Assembly (NCBI GenBank): GCA_030390025.1
Contig: CM059432.1
Span: forward strand, 80,850,001-80,914,000
DNA from: Squalus acanthias
Taxonomy: Eukaryota
Length of the DNA stretch: 64,000 nucleotides
Direction of reading: 5' to 3'
Every line of letters begins with the position of its first letter. Position 1 is the first letter of the stretch. The notes under the pieces are model-generated. The model searched no databases and was not told the DNA's origin. It was given only the letters and a program-made list of their open reading frames with translations. The position numbers were made by a program, and so were the translations under genes. This document shows positions 34,101 to 47,281 of the stretch, piece after piece.

Positions 34101-36810
34101 CCCAGACCCTATTTGTTAGTGTACTCCTTTGTTTGTACATTCTGTCCCTTCCTGACACAATCTGGTTATCCTTAACCCAATCACTTTCCTGCATTGCTTC
34201 CTTGTCTTTCCTCTTTAGCGTTCTAGATTTCTCTCCACCGGGACCCTCCCCCCACCCACACCCCCCCACACACCCACGCATTTAGTTTAAAGCCCTATCT
34301 ACCTCCCTAGTTATTCGATTCGCTAGAACTCTGGTCCCAGCATGGTTCAGGTGTAGTCCGTCCCAACGGAACAACTCTCTTTCCCCAGTACTGGTGCCAG
34401 TGCCCCACGAATCAAAACCCATTTCTCCCACATCAATCTTTGAGCCACGCATTCATCTCCCTGATCCTATTGACCCTATGCCAATTTGTTCATGGCTCCG
34501 GTAATAATCCAGAGATTGACCTTTGTGGTTCTGCTTTTTAATTTAGTCCCTAGCTGCTCAAACACTCTCAGCAGAACCTCTTTCTTTGTCCTACCTATGT
34601 AGTTGGCACCTACATGGACCATGACAACTGGATCTTCCCCCTCCCACTCCAAGTACTGCTCCAGCCCGGAGGAGATGTCCTTTACCCTGGCACCGGGTAG
34701 GCAATATAGCCTTTGGGACTCACGCTCCTGGCTGCAGAGAAAAGTGTCCATCCCCCTAACTATACTGTCACCTACTACAACCACCTTCCTATTTACTCCC
34801 CCCACTTGAATGGCTTCCTGTACCACGGTGCCGTGGTCAGTTTGCTTGTCCTCCCTGCAGTCCCTGCACTTGTCCACAAGGGTGGCAAGAACCTCGCATC
34901 TATGGACAAGTGCAGGGACTGAGGCTCCTGCAATACTACCTCCTGGATCCCTATACCTGCCTCACTCGCAGTCACATCCTCCTCACCCTGACCACATGTC
35001 AATTCTGATGTATTTAATCTAAGTGGTGTGGCTGCCTCCTGGAGCAAAAGGTCCCGGTAACTTTCTCCCTCTTTGATGTCTCGCAATGTCTGCAGCTCGG
35101 ACTCCAGCTCCTCAACTCGGAGCTGAAGTTCCTCGAGCCGCAGACACTTACTGCAGATGTAGTCGCCCTTGACAAAAATGTCCACAAGCTCCCACATATT
35201 ATAGAAACATAGAAGATAGGAGCAGGAGTAGGCCATTCGGCCCCTCGAGCCTGCTCCGCCATTCGATGAGATCATGGCTGATCATCTAAACTCAGTACCC
35301 TGTACCTGCCTTCTCCCCATATCCCTTGATACCTTTAGCTTTAAGAAATATATCTAACTCATCCTTGAATATATTTAATGACTTGGCCTCAACTACCTTC
35401 TGTGGTAGAGAATTCCACAGGTTTACCACTCTCTGGGTGAAGAAATTCTTCCTCATTTCTGTCCTAAATGGTTTACCCGTTATCCGTAGATTATGACCCC
35501 TGGTTCTGGACTCTCCGACCATCGGGAACATTCTTCCTGCATCTAGTTTATCCAGACCTGTCAGAATTTTATATGTTTTGATGAGATCCCCTCTCATTCT
35601 TCTATACTCCAGTGAGTATAAGCCCAATTGACCCAAACTCTCCTCATATATGTCATTCCTGCCATCCCAGGTATCAGCCTTGTGAATCTTCGCTGAACTC
35701 CTTCCATGGCAAGAACATCCTTCCTCAGATAAGGCGACCAAAACTGCACACAGTACTCAAGGTGTGGTCTCACCAAGGCCCTGTACAACTGCAGCAGGAC
35801 ATCCCTGTTCCTATACTCAAACCCTTTCGCTATGAAGGCCAACTTACCATTTGCCGCCTTCACCGCCTGCTGTACCTGCATGCTTACTTTCAGCGACTGG
35901 TGCACAAGGACACCCAGGTCTCGTTGCACTTCCCCTTCTCCCAATCTATTGCCATTCAGATAATAGTCTGCCTTTCTGTTTTTGACACCAAAGTGGATAA
36001 CCTCGCACTTATCCACGTTATATTGCATCTGCCACGCTTCTGCCCACTCACCCAACCTGTCCAGATCATCCTGGAGTTTCTCGCTATCCTCCTCGCTGCA
36101 CACACTCCCACCCAGCTTTGTGTCATCTGCAAACTTGGAGATATTACATTTAATTCCCTTATCTAGATCATTAATGTATATTGTGAATAGCTGGGGCCCA
36201 AGGACCGATCCCTGCGGTACCCCACTAGTCACTGCTTGCCACTCGGAAAAAGACCCATTAATTCCTACTCTCTGCTTTCTGTCTGCCAACCAGTTCTCTA
36301 TCCAAGTCAATACCTTGCCCCCAATCCCATGTGCCTTAACTTTACCCGCTAATCTCTTATGCGGGACCTTATCGAAAGCCTTCTGAAAGTCCAAATACAC
36401 CACATCTACTGGTTCTCCCTTTATCTATTTTCCCAGCAGCAGCAACACATCTCCTGTTCTCCAATTATTTTATTTATTTAATTAATTTGTTTAGTGTTAA
36501 TCAGATTATTTATCTCATTTAATTTATTAAATTAAGTTTAGTTTTTAAAATTTAGTTATGTTATGTTAACTTAAAACTTAGCCCACAGTCACTACCAATC
36601 ACTTACCTGTGACGTCACCCTGCCATTTTCTCTTGTTGAAGCAGGTCTGTTGCTGCTTTTATCCCCGCTCTCTGGCCTCAGTCTGCTCCCGCTCAGGTCC
36701 GCCGCCGCTCTGCGGGAGAAGTTAGGAAACGCAAGCACCTCCTTCCTTCACTTCACTGAACTCCCACACTTACCAAACTCCCAGTTGTTCACTCTGTGCT
36801 CATTGCACTC
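31165..36810 (-). mobile_element. Near full-length CR1 LINE (ORF1 zinc finger/coiled coil/esterase; ORF2 APE-RT), degenerate
   Basis: ICSKCLRLEELQLRVEELE, VVGDSIVR, LYLNAQSIRNK, GDFNLH, YLDFQKAFDKV, KFADDTKL, CR1 tail near 31170. Confidence 0.92.
35201..36434 (-). mobile_element. 5'-truncated CR1 inserted into the ORF1 zinc finger of the host CR1
   Basis: RT ORF 35594-36403 plus tail. Host frame rejoins as MCCCC|NMWEL. Confidence 0.9.
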
Positions 36811-37504
36811 AGATTGAAGGTAAGTGTGATGTGATACTCACTTTTGATGATCGCAGAAGATCATTAAACCGTTTCCGGCACTGGACCCAGGTGCGTGAAC
36901 ATAGGGACCTAGCGCTGACCTCAGCAATTTGCAGCCAGGCTGCCTTTGTTTGCTGAGGAGGCTTCCTCCGGCCATTGGGATGGAACAGAATCTCCCTGCG
37001 CCCTCTTACTCCCTCCAAGAGCCTGGAGGGAGTCCTCATTAAACCGTGGAGCAGCCTTGGATCTTGCAGCACTCATAGTAGCCTGGGTCCGTTCAAAGAC
37101 TAGCAGAAATGAGAAATGAAAAGCTGAGGCTGCATGGGCCCCTTAAAAACAACTGCAGCAATGACATCATCAGAGGCGACTAACAGACCCGATCCCACTC
37201 ATTGGACCAGGCAGCATGCACAATGGGACTTAATAGGCCACTTAATTTAAAATCTCAATTTGGGAGCAGCTGAAACAGAAAGCGGGACCGGAACCCGCCC
37301 ACAAGGCAACCCGCCTCCTCTATTGAATTCGCGGCCTAGGACCCAGTGATGGTTGAAAGCTCTATCTCCAATAGTGAGGTGAAGCGAGGAGGAGATGCAT
37401 AATAGCTGAAATTTGAGGAATGGAGTTTCCTGGGAGGATAAAGGGCTGAAGGTGATTGCAAAAATGGAGGAGTGAGGTCATGAAAAAATTTAAGGGTGAG
37501 GCAA

Positions 37505-37790
37505 ATCATAGAATAGTACAGCACAGACGGCAGCCATTCAGCCCATCGACTCTACGCTGCCTCTTTTGAAGAGCAATCCAGTTAGTCCCACTTCCCTGCT
37601 CTATCCCCATATCTCTTCAATTTTTTCTTCAAGTATTTATCCAATTCTCTTTTGAAAGCTACTATTGAATCTTAACCACTCGTTGCGTTAATAAAAAATA
37701 AAAAAATTCCCTCATGTCGCCTCTGGTTCTTTTGCTAATCACTTTAAACTTAATGTCCTCTTGTTATCAACCCTTCAGCCATTGAACAAT
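37505..37790 (-). mobile_element. CR1 3' end fragment
   Basis: Similar to 41423-41740. Confidence 0.75.
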
Positions 37791-37879
37791 GTTTCCTTCA
37801 TCAGAATAAACAATATTTTTTTAATTTATATTAGATTATCTTGAAGTCTCCTTTTTCTATGCGAACATGCCCAAGCCCA

Positions 37880-39090
37880 ATTACAGAGGGGATTGATGAA
37901 GGGAATGCAATGGATTTTGTCTACTTGGAATTTCGGAAGGCATTTGACAAAGTACCACATAGAAGGCTGGTTAACAAAATTGAGGCTCATGGAATAGGTG
38001 GGTCAGTGGCAGCTTGGATAAGGATTTGGCTTAAGGACAGAAAACAGCGAGTTGTGGTAAATGGCTGTTTTTCAGACTGGAGGATGGTAGACAGTAGTGT
38101 TCCCCAAGGGTCAGTGCTGGGGCCACTGCTTTTTTGATATATATAAATGACCTGGATATTGGAATATAGAGTAGAATTTCTAAATTTGCCGATGACACCA
38201 AACTTAGAGGTGTGTGGCAAACAGTGAGGATGATACCAATCGACTGCAACAGGACATAGAAAGGTTAGCAGAATGGGCAGATAAGTGGCAGATGGAATTT
38301 CATACAAAAGTGTGAGGTGATGCATTTTGTCAGAAGGAACAGGGAGAGGCAATATACACTTAATGGCACAGTTTCAGAGTGTGCAGGGACAGAGGGACCT
38401 GGGAGTTAATGTGCATAGGTCCCTGAAGGTGGCAGGACATAATGAGAGAGTGGTTAGCAAAGCATATGGGATCTTGGGCTTCATAGAGGTATTGAGTACA
38501 AAAGTAGGGAAGTTATGCTGAACCTTTATAAAGCGCTGGTTAGGATACAACTGCATCCAGTTCTGGTCACCACACTTTAGGAACGATGTGAAGGCCCTTG
38601 AGAGGGGGTGCAGAGGAGATTTACCAGAATGGCTCCGGGGATGGGGGAATCTTCGCTACAAGGACAGGTTGGAGAAGCTGGATTTGTTTTCATTAGAGCA
38701 AAGGAGGTTGAGGGGTGATTTGATAGAGGTGTACAAGATTATGACGGGTTTGAGTAGGCTAGACGGGGAAAGGCTGTTCCCACTAGTTGATGGTACAAGG
38801 ACTAGGGGACACAGATTTAAGGTTTTGGGCAAGAGATACAGTGGGGATGTGAGGGAAAATGTTTTTACACAGCGAGTGGTGATGACTTGGAACTCACTGC
38901 CGACGGAAGTGGTGGAAGCGGAGACACTCCGTGTTTTCAAGGGGAGACTGGATAGGCACTTGAGGGAAATAAACTTGCAGGGCTATGGGGATAGAGCGGG
39001 GGAATGGGACTGACTGGATTGCTCTACAGAGAGCTGGCACGGACTTGATGGGCCGAATGGCCTCCTTCTGTGCCTTATGATTCTATGACC
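37880..39090 (+). mobile_element. CR1 RT and 3' tail, degenerate
   Basis: RKAFDKVPHRRL, VPQGSVLGP, KFADDTKL, CR1 tail. Confidence 0.9.
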
Positions 39091-40221
39091 TTCTCCTATT
39101 GTTCATATCATTCCAGTTGTCTTATGCTGCAATCTTTCAATGTCCTTCCATTACAACAGTAACTACACTTCAAAAGTACTTTATTGGCTGTAAAGTGCTT
39201 TGGGACATTGTGAAATGCAAGGATGGAATATTGGAATTGCTAGGCATATCTAGTTCATCTATCTAGTTCAGGTTCTACCATCCTGGAAGTCACATCGTAT
39301 ACTGATAATGCAGTTGTTGACTAATCATGGCAATCAATCTCTATCAATTAGTCTACAGCAGACCCAGACATCGAAAACCGCCAGTGGTAGAAAGCTTTGG
39401 GAACCGTGGGTTTAAACTGCGGCAACCAGAACCGTACACAGTATTGTAAGTGCTATTGCACCGATGATTTACAAAGTGGAAGGATTACTTCACTATTTTG
39501 GCTCAATTTTGACCTTTTTACACATCCCAACATCTGATTTGCTTTACTCACTGCCACCAAACATTGTGATAGCATTTATTTATTTATCGGACCCCAGATC
39601 TTTTCCATTTTCCGTGCATGTGATTTATTTCCAGTAATAGTCCCTTGCTTGATTTTATGTCCTTATATGAAGCACGTAGAATTTCTGTCTGCCCAATTCC
39701 AAAGTATATTCAAATCCTCCTGTAGCTTATCCTGTTTTGGAGTCTGCCACTTTCATTGGCATTGTATCGTCTGCAAATTTAACCATTGTGCTTGTGACTT
39801 CTAGCGCCAGATCATTTAAGATAGTATTTAACCAGTGACTTGTGTGACAGAAATAAAGCTGCTTGTCTTTTAGCTTACTAATTTTTATTTTTTTATTTCT
39901 AGTAAGGACACATGAGGTGCTAAAAACTAAGTTCTCAAAAATTCACTAGCTTTTTCAATAGACCATAACATGGTTTGTTTCGATGGAACACTTACATTAT
40001 ATTAGTAAGTCTGTGGCTGGTTCTTATTGAACATAAAATGGTTTAATATGTTAATACACTGTCATCAGTATCCTTTGATTGAGCAGTGACCTTGACAGCT
40101 GGGTGGATGGTGCTAAATTCAAGTTTATTCAAACTAGCGGACAATATCTTCCGAAATTGACAAAGAATGACTGACCATTTAACAATAAAAGTCTTACAGA
40201 ACGTATAAGTTTATAAAAGTG

Positions 40222-40420
40222 AGAAGTTGCACAACACCAGGTTATAGTCCAACAGCTTTATTTGAAATCACAAGCTTTCGGAGCGTTGCTCCTTCGTCAG
40301 GTGAAGTGAAGAAATGCATATGGGCACAGCATATATAGTCAGAGAGCACTGCCAGACGACTACAGTTAATCTTTCTAACTGCCCTTTATCACACCTCGGC
40401 AGAGAGACAATCACGGCAAG
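40222..40420 (-). mobile_element. Penelope-like terminal repeat (second family)
   Basis: Matches 59629-59830, which is attached to a GIY-YIG C-terminus. Confidence 0.75.
40268..40304 (-). ncRNA. Minimal type I hammerhead ribozyme motif
   Basis: Minus strand UCAC-CUGACGA-A-GGAGC-AAC-GCUCC-GAAA-GC-UU-GUGA: intact core boxes, stems I and II, palindromic stem III. Confidence 0.7.
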
Positions 40421-41422
40421 TTTATAGCACAGGAGGTGGCCACTTGCCTCATCTTGTTTGTGCTGACTTTGCCAGAGAATCCAAAACTAATCTCATTACC
40501 CTACTGATTCCCTATACTTCTATATGTTCTGCTTCAAATGTTTATCTATTTGTCCCTTAACAGATTAAATGGTTTCGCCTCAAATATTCCCTGTGGCAAA
40601 GCCTTCCATTCTCTAACAACTTTGAGTAAAGAAATTTCTGCTAACCTCTCTCCTCGCGCTTAGCGACAACTTTTAAATTGATCGCTCCTTGTCACTGATT
40701 CCCCAGCCTTGGGGATAACAGTCTTTCCCTATTTATTCTATCAATCCTTCATAATTTTAAAAACATCAATTAAATATCTTGGCCGTCTCTCCTACTCAAG
40801 TGGAAATAGTCCCAGTATCTCGAGTGTCTCCTCGTAACTATGGTTTCTAGGCGCAATATCATCCTGGTGATGCTATGCTGTAGTGAATGTAGTTGAGGAA
40901 AACTGGGCTGAAATTTGCGGTCAGAGGCATACTTCTGGAGTACGCCTCCGATCCGAAAAGAAAAAATCCGCACCTTCCGGCTTCGGAGTCTTCGGATCCT
41001 GGGCCTGCAGGCATACGTCTGCATAAAGACCCAGTGATCCCAGGGACGCAGGCAATTCGGAAGCGTCCTTGGGATCATGTGGGCCAGGTCAAACAATTAG
41101 AAAGAGGGATTCCTCATAAGTTTATGGCGATTCCATTTACGAACGGAATCCCCTTAAGTTTATGAGAAATCCCAAAATAAATAAATAAATAAACAACACA
41201 ACTGAAATAAAAATAATGTTCCCATGTTCAAAATTAATCAAAAGTCCCTTTAATTAAACATTTAAATTAAAATGTCATTTTTTGGAAAATAATTTTCAGC
41301 ATTTTAATCTGGGCCAAAATTTACATAAACAAATTTTAAATGTATGTTTAAATCACTTTTAAAATTTTAATTTAACATTTATTTTAACCCTTGCGCTGGC
41401 ATAAGGGTTTTGGGGGCATTTG

Positions 41423-43955
41423 AATCATAGAATGGTTACAGCATAGAAGAAGGACATTCGGCCCATCGAGCCTGTGCCGGCTCTCTGCAAGAGCACTTCA
41501 GCTAGTCCCACTCCCCCGCCCTTTCCCCGTAGCCCTGCAATTTAATTTCCTTCAGGTACTTATCCAACTCCCTTTTGAAAACCATGATTGAGTCTGCCTC
41601 CACCACCCTTTCAGGCAGTGCATTCCAGATCCTAACCACTCGCTGAGTAAAAAGATTTTCCTCATGTCACCTTTGGTTCTTCTGCCAATCTCCTTAAATC
41701 TGTGTCCTCTGTTTCGTGACTCTTCTGCCAATGGGAACAGTTTTTCTCTCTCTACTCTGTCCAGACCCCTCATGATATTGAACACCTCTATCAAATCTCC
41801 TCTCAATCTTCTCTGCTCTAAAGAGAACAACCCCAGCTTCTCCAGTCTATCCACGTAACTGAAGTCCCTCATCCCTGGAATCATTCTCGTAAATCTTTTC
41901 TGCACCCTCTCTAAGGCCTTCACATCCTTCCTAAAGTGCGGTTCCCAGAATTGGACACAATACTCCAGTTGAGGCTGAACCAGTGTTTTATACAGGTTCA
42001 TCATAATTTCCACGCTTTTGTACTCTATACCTCTATTCATGAAGCCCAGGATCCCATAAGCTTTTTTAACTGCTTTCTCAACCTGCCCTGCCACCTTCAG
42101 TGATTTGTGCACATGTACCCCTAGGCCTCTCTGTTCATACACCCTCTTTAGGATTGTACCCTTTAGTTTATATTGTCTCTCCTCGTTCTTCCTACAAAAA
42201 TATATCACTTCGCACTGTTCTACGTTAAATTTCAGCTGCCACGTGTCTGCCCATTTCACCAGCCTGTCTATGTCCTCTAGAAGTCTATCACTCTCCTCCT
42301 CACTGTTCACTGTACTTTCAAGTTTGCGTCATCTGCAAATTTTGAAATTGTGCCCTGTACACCCACATCCAAGTCATTAATATATATCAAGAAAAGCAGT
42401 GTTCCTAGCATCGACCCCTGGAGAACACCACTGTATACCTTCCTCCAGTCCGAAAAACAACCGTTCACCACTACTCTCTGTTTCTTGTCACTTAGCCAAT
42501 TTCGTATCCATGCTGCTACTGTCCCTTCTATTCCATAAAGTCTTGCTACAACTGTACAGGGCGCTGGTGAGACCACACCTGGAGTACTATGTGCAGTTTT
42601 GGTCTCCTTATTTAAGGAGGGATATACTTGCATTGGAGGCAGTTCAGAGAAGGTTCACTAGGTTAATTCCTGAGATGAAGGGGTTGTCTTATGAAGAAAG
42701 GTTGAGTAGGTTGGGCCTATACTCATTGGAGTTTTGAAGAATGAGAGGTGATCTTATTGAAACATATAAGATTCTGAGGGTCTTGACAGGGTAGATGCAG
42801 GGAGGATGTTTCCCCTCGTGGGGGAATCTAGAACTAGGGGGCACAGTTTCAGGATAAGGGGTCGCCCATTTAAAACGGAGATGAGGAGGAATTTCTTCTC
42901 TGAGGGTCGTGAATCTTTGAAATTCTCTACCCCAGAGAGCTGTGGAGGCGGAGTCATTGAATATATTCAAGGCGGAGATAGACATATATTTGAGCTACAG
43001 GGGAGTCGAGGGTTATGGGGAGCGGATGGGAAAGTGGTGTTGAGGACAAGATCCGATCAGCCATGATCTTATTGAATGGCGGGGCAGGCTCGAGGGGCCG
43101 AATGACCTGCTCCTATTTCTTATGTTCTTATGTTCCATGGGCTTCAACTTTGCTGGCAAGTCTATTATGTGGCACTTTGTCGAACGCCTTTTGGAAATCC
43201 ATGTACATTGTGTCAACTGCATTACCCTCATCAACCCTCTCTGTTACCTCATCAAAAAACTCAATCAAGTTGGTTAAACACGATTTGTCTTTAACAAATC
43301 TGTGCTGGCTTTCCTTAATTAATCCACACTTGTCCAAGTGACTGTTAATTTTGTGTCTGATTATTGTTTCTAAAAGCTTCCCCACTACCGAGGTTAAACT
43401 GACTAGTCTGTAGTTGCTGGGTTTATCTTTACACGCTTTTTTGAACAAGGGTGTAACATTTGCAATTCTCCAGTCCTCTGGCACCACCCCTGTTTCTAAG
43501 AAGATTATGGCCAGTACTTCCGCGATTTCTTCCTTCTCTTCCCTCCGCGTCCTAGGATGCATCCCATCTGCTCCTGGTGACTTAGCTACTTTAAGTACAG
43601 CCAGCCTTTCTAGTACCTCCTCTATCAATTTTTATCCCATCCAGTATCTCCTCTACCTCCTCCTTCACTGTCTATGGCAGCATCTTCTTCCTTGGTAAAG
43701 ACAGATGCAAAGTACTCATTTAGCACCTCAGCCATGCGTAGGTCTCCTTTTTGGTCCCTAATCGGCCCCACCCCTCCTTTTACTACCCGTTTACTATTTA
43801 TATGCCTATAGAAGACTTTTGGATTACCTTTTATGTTGGCTGCCATTCTCATACCCTCTCTTTGCCCCTCTTACTTTCTTTTTCACTTCTCCTCTGAACT
43901 TTCTATATTTAGCCTGATTCTCCGATGTATTCTCGACCTGACATCTGTCATACGC
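41423..43955 (-). mobile_element. CR1 ORF2 3' half
   Basis: ORFs 41552-42310, 43128-43628 and 43625-43852 with RT motifs; CR1 tail at 41423. Confidence 0.92.
42537..43132 (+). mobile_element. CR1 3' fragment nested in opposite orientation
   Basis: 6-bp TSD TTCCAT at 42531-42536 and 43133-43138; tail TATTTCTTATGTTCTTATG. Confidence 0.9.
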
Positions 43956-46627
43956 GCTCTTTAGCCCAACTCTGCGCCAGCGAGTGTTTTTGGGGCACAC
44001 GTGGACGATCTGTCAAGGCAAACCTTGACCGATTGCAAGTTCCGGGTTTTCGCGCATGCGCAGCGCTTTTACAAGGCTTCCGACAGCGTTCGCTGTGCAT
44101 ACGCCGCCATCAGCACCATAATTTCAGGCCTGCAGTTTTTTAAAATGGTAGTGGGGTGGGGGATGACTGGGTGACGAGGTGGTGGGGGGCTGGTTCTTTG
44201 TTTCAGTACATCTTCAAAGTATTTGGAATGATGTTTCTGTGGCTGAATTTACTTTTGGAGTCGGCCACTATAGCCAGCAGAGGGGCTGGACTATTTCAAC
44301 TCTGGATGTGTTTCATCATGTAAGAAGTGAACAATCATCTAGAATGAGCATTGTCACATTCAGAGATGGCTCAGGCAAAGTGTTTTTTTTCTAAACTAAA
44401 ATAATTACTGTTACAACAGGTTCAATAAGGCTGAATTCTAAGGACCGGTAATAGAATAATCATTTGACTGAGTCACTCTAAAGATGAGAGAGAGAGAATC
44501 CATGACACCAGAGGGATTTAAGGCAATTAGGAATATAATTGAGTGCTTAAAGCAGAATCTACATCAGAGTTGTAGGAATTTTCATATTTGAACTTGAAAA
44601 AAATTAATCTCTGTGGTCTGTAACTTTAATTTGTAGATACAGTTCTTCAACTGAATTGTAACATCAGATATTTTAAGCTCAAATTGATAGAGCAACAAAG
44701 TAAAATAGACAAAGGAGTGGAGTTAGCACAGAAGTATCACATTGTTACAGTGAAAGTCAATTGATTTTGTTTCTGTTTGGGGGGAAAAAAGGTAAAGAGA
44801 GAATCAGTACTTGGTTATAAAAGGAGGATCTTTCCACATTGGTTCTGGAAGAAATTTAACTCGAGGCTGCCTGATTTGCATCTGCAGTTAAAAATCTGGA
44901 GCTGGTTTGTACCTTGGCTTCCCCTTTGACACCAAAGGCATGCCTGTCTGATGCAATATTCAGGTGGGCCTGTAAATGGACAAGAAGCCTCTCCTCCTGA
45001 AACTGGTGTAAAGCTGCATACATACGAAAATCTGAGTTCTACTCTGGCTGTAGGACCCAAATTGCAAAATTCAGGGACATCTGGGCAGAGCGTGCGTCGC
45101 GTCTCCTCGGTCGAATTTACGAGGTGTTGAGCGGCCTAATGAGCAGTCCTTAAAGCAGGAGTGCTCCTCCTGGGCCCACAAAAAATTTGTTTGAGGCTCT
45201 ACCCACCCCCAGACCTACCAGTCGGCTCAGTGTAGGTGCTGGCCGATTTCCCGCCCTCCCACTACCGGCAAACTGCAGCAGAATGCCAATTTGGTGCCAG
45301 CAGCATTTAAATGAGGCCCAAACCCGAATCTGGCTCGGGTCTTGCTCCATCGCAAACTGGCGGGCAAAGCAGTCGTTTTGCCGACCTCGCGCCCGTTTTG
45401 GGCACAAGTCTAATTTCTCGGCTGTTGCATCAACTCTATGCAAACACTAGGGTGGGTGGGGGGCGGGGGGAACTTTCCAATATGCTCTTCTGGTGGTCGA
45501 GTTTCCCCATCACCAGCACATACTCGTAAAATTAACCCCACTGTTCAAACAAATGTACCTGCCTTCTGGAAAGCTTAGCAGGTGGTCCTTCACATCTTAA
45601 ATTGATTAACAGTTTACAGATCATAAACTCAAAATGGAATAATTACCGTACCTCCTTGATGTTTACATTAATTTGCCACGGCTTGAACTGTTACATTTCT
45701 CAACCTTATGTCAGGTATTTAAGCTAATGATGGAGTTTTAAAAAAGAAAAATATATACTTTCTAGGGACATTCATTCAAGAGAATTTTCATCTCTAACCA
45801 GGAAATCCGATGTTTTAATATTAATTTCAGTCTCGGTATTACCATTTCTGCTCATTTTTGAGGCAGCTCGATGCTGACCGGCCCAGCTTGTTAATATTGT
45901 TTCAGAGGAAGCTAATGAAAGCAGTGAAGAAAAATTAACTCTGCAATTTGCGTTGCTTTGCTTTCATAGTTTAGTTTTTGTCAGTGTGCTGATATGAAGT
46001 TTATTTTCCCTCAATGATCATATTTTCTGACTTGTATATCTTTGGTTTTTCTTTTTTTCCAGTGAGTTGATTCTTAAGGGAAAGATGTTGAAAGTTTGCT
46101 CCTGCTGGTTGAGTAATGGCATGGTCATGTTAAAAATTCTCACGTACTGGCAGAATTTGGAAACATCGGAATGATATTTGGCAATGCCGAGTTTTGAGGT
46201 CCTTGCTCATTAAATCACTACAGAAAATCCCAGTGATCTGCATTCCTCAGAGTAAAGAATTTCTGCTGAGGTTCAGCAGTGTTTGCTGATTTTTGTTTTG
46301 TAGACTATTTGTGGAAAAGACACTTTTTTTACTACGAGCATCTATCATTTAGTTATATTTAAAAGTTAGAAACCAGCAAAATTTGGAATGCACATATATA
46401 GAGAGAGAGACTGACTTTTTATTAGTATGGGCGAGATAAGGAATTGTATCCGTGTGCTAATTCACTCTGGCATCAAAATTCTCCCAGTCTCTCAAATTTC
46501 AACAACTCGATAAGGAGAAACAAATTGTCAATTTGCGTGAAAAGGCAGTCTCTTGTGCCTTGAAAGCTTGAATAAAAATGAGAAACGGTTTGACAAGTAT
46601 CTAAAACTTTTTTCTTAGACTTTTGCA

Positions 46628-47235
46628 GGGAGATTTTAACTCTGTCTGGCAAAGATGGCACTGGAGGAGATAAAATGGAGATGGTGGCGCTCTTCTGCCA
46701 TTTTCGCTAGGGTCTTCTGGGTGGCTGAGCAGCCAAATTGAATCAGGCGTGAGGCTCATTAATCTGTGAAAATCAGGGTCCTATGACGTATATAAGACCC
46801 TAATACACATTTAAAGGTCTACTGGCCGGAACATGCACTGTGGATGCTCCACTCAGTAATTACTGGCAGTACAGCAGAAGAGGCCCCAAAATGGTAAGTT
46901 TAAAATGATTTTCGTGGGGCCAGGAGGTGCAGGAATGCTCCTCCCGGCCCTACAAGAATAATGTGTGTAGCTGTTGCCCTGGGCTCCACACCCTCTCTCC
47001 ATGATCGTATCCCCCACCCCTGGACCTTCCTTCCTGTTGGCCAGATCGGCTTCCATGTCGCCCGATATTGCACTGGCCGAGAGCTGGCAAGCTGCAGTGG
47101 TGCACCTGTTTGGTGCCTACAGCTTGCCAGCGGCCTGGTAATGAGGCCCCGCCTCAGTGAGCCAGGCCTCCCGCTGGCAGGATTGGCCAGCCGGTGAGGT
47201 CCAGCGATCGGCTACCCGATAGTTAAAATCTCTCC
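46628..47235. mobile_element. Harbinger-like MITE
   Basis: TIRs GGGAGATTTTAACT / AGTTAAAATCTCTCC. Confidence 0.7.
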
Positions 47236-47281
47236 TCAGAAGCCAGTCAGGTAAACAGCAGAAGGACTTTGAAAAGTCTCT

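Larger units (their letters stand above)
30469..37076 (-). pseudogene. Harbinger Myb/SANT gene: exon 1 37076-36842 (frameshifted), exon 2 30858-30699, exon 3 from 30542 (truncated)
   Basis: MSAARSKAAPRFNEDSL...WVQCRKRFNDLLRSSK | EKIAHNKRERAKTGGGPP...DKAG | PSRAPL, with GT-AG sites in phases 0 and 1. Confidence 0.85.
28934..37336. mobile_element. PIF/Harbinger transposon with both ends, inflated by nested CR1s
   Basis: TIRs GGCCGCAAATTTAAT / ATTGAATTCGCGGCC, TSD TAG (28931-28933, 37337-37339), convergent transposase and Myb genes. Confidence 0.9.
40906..44129. mobile_element. Harbinger-type MITE split by CR1 insertions
   Basis: Ends GGCTGAAATT / AATTTCAGGC with CTG on both flanks. Left arm matches 58695-59100. 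Confidence 0.7.

Noticed and set aside
34793..35275. 160-aa coiled-coil protein gene
   Set aside because: Chimera of a nested CR1 tail and the host CR1 ORF1.
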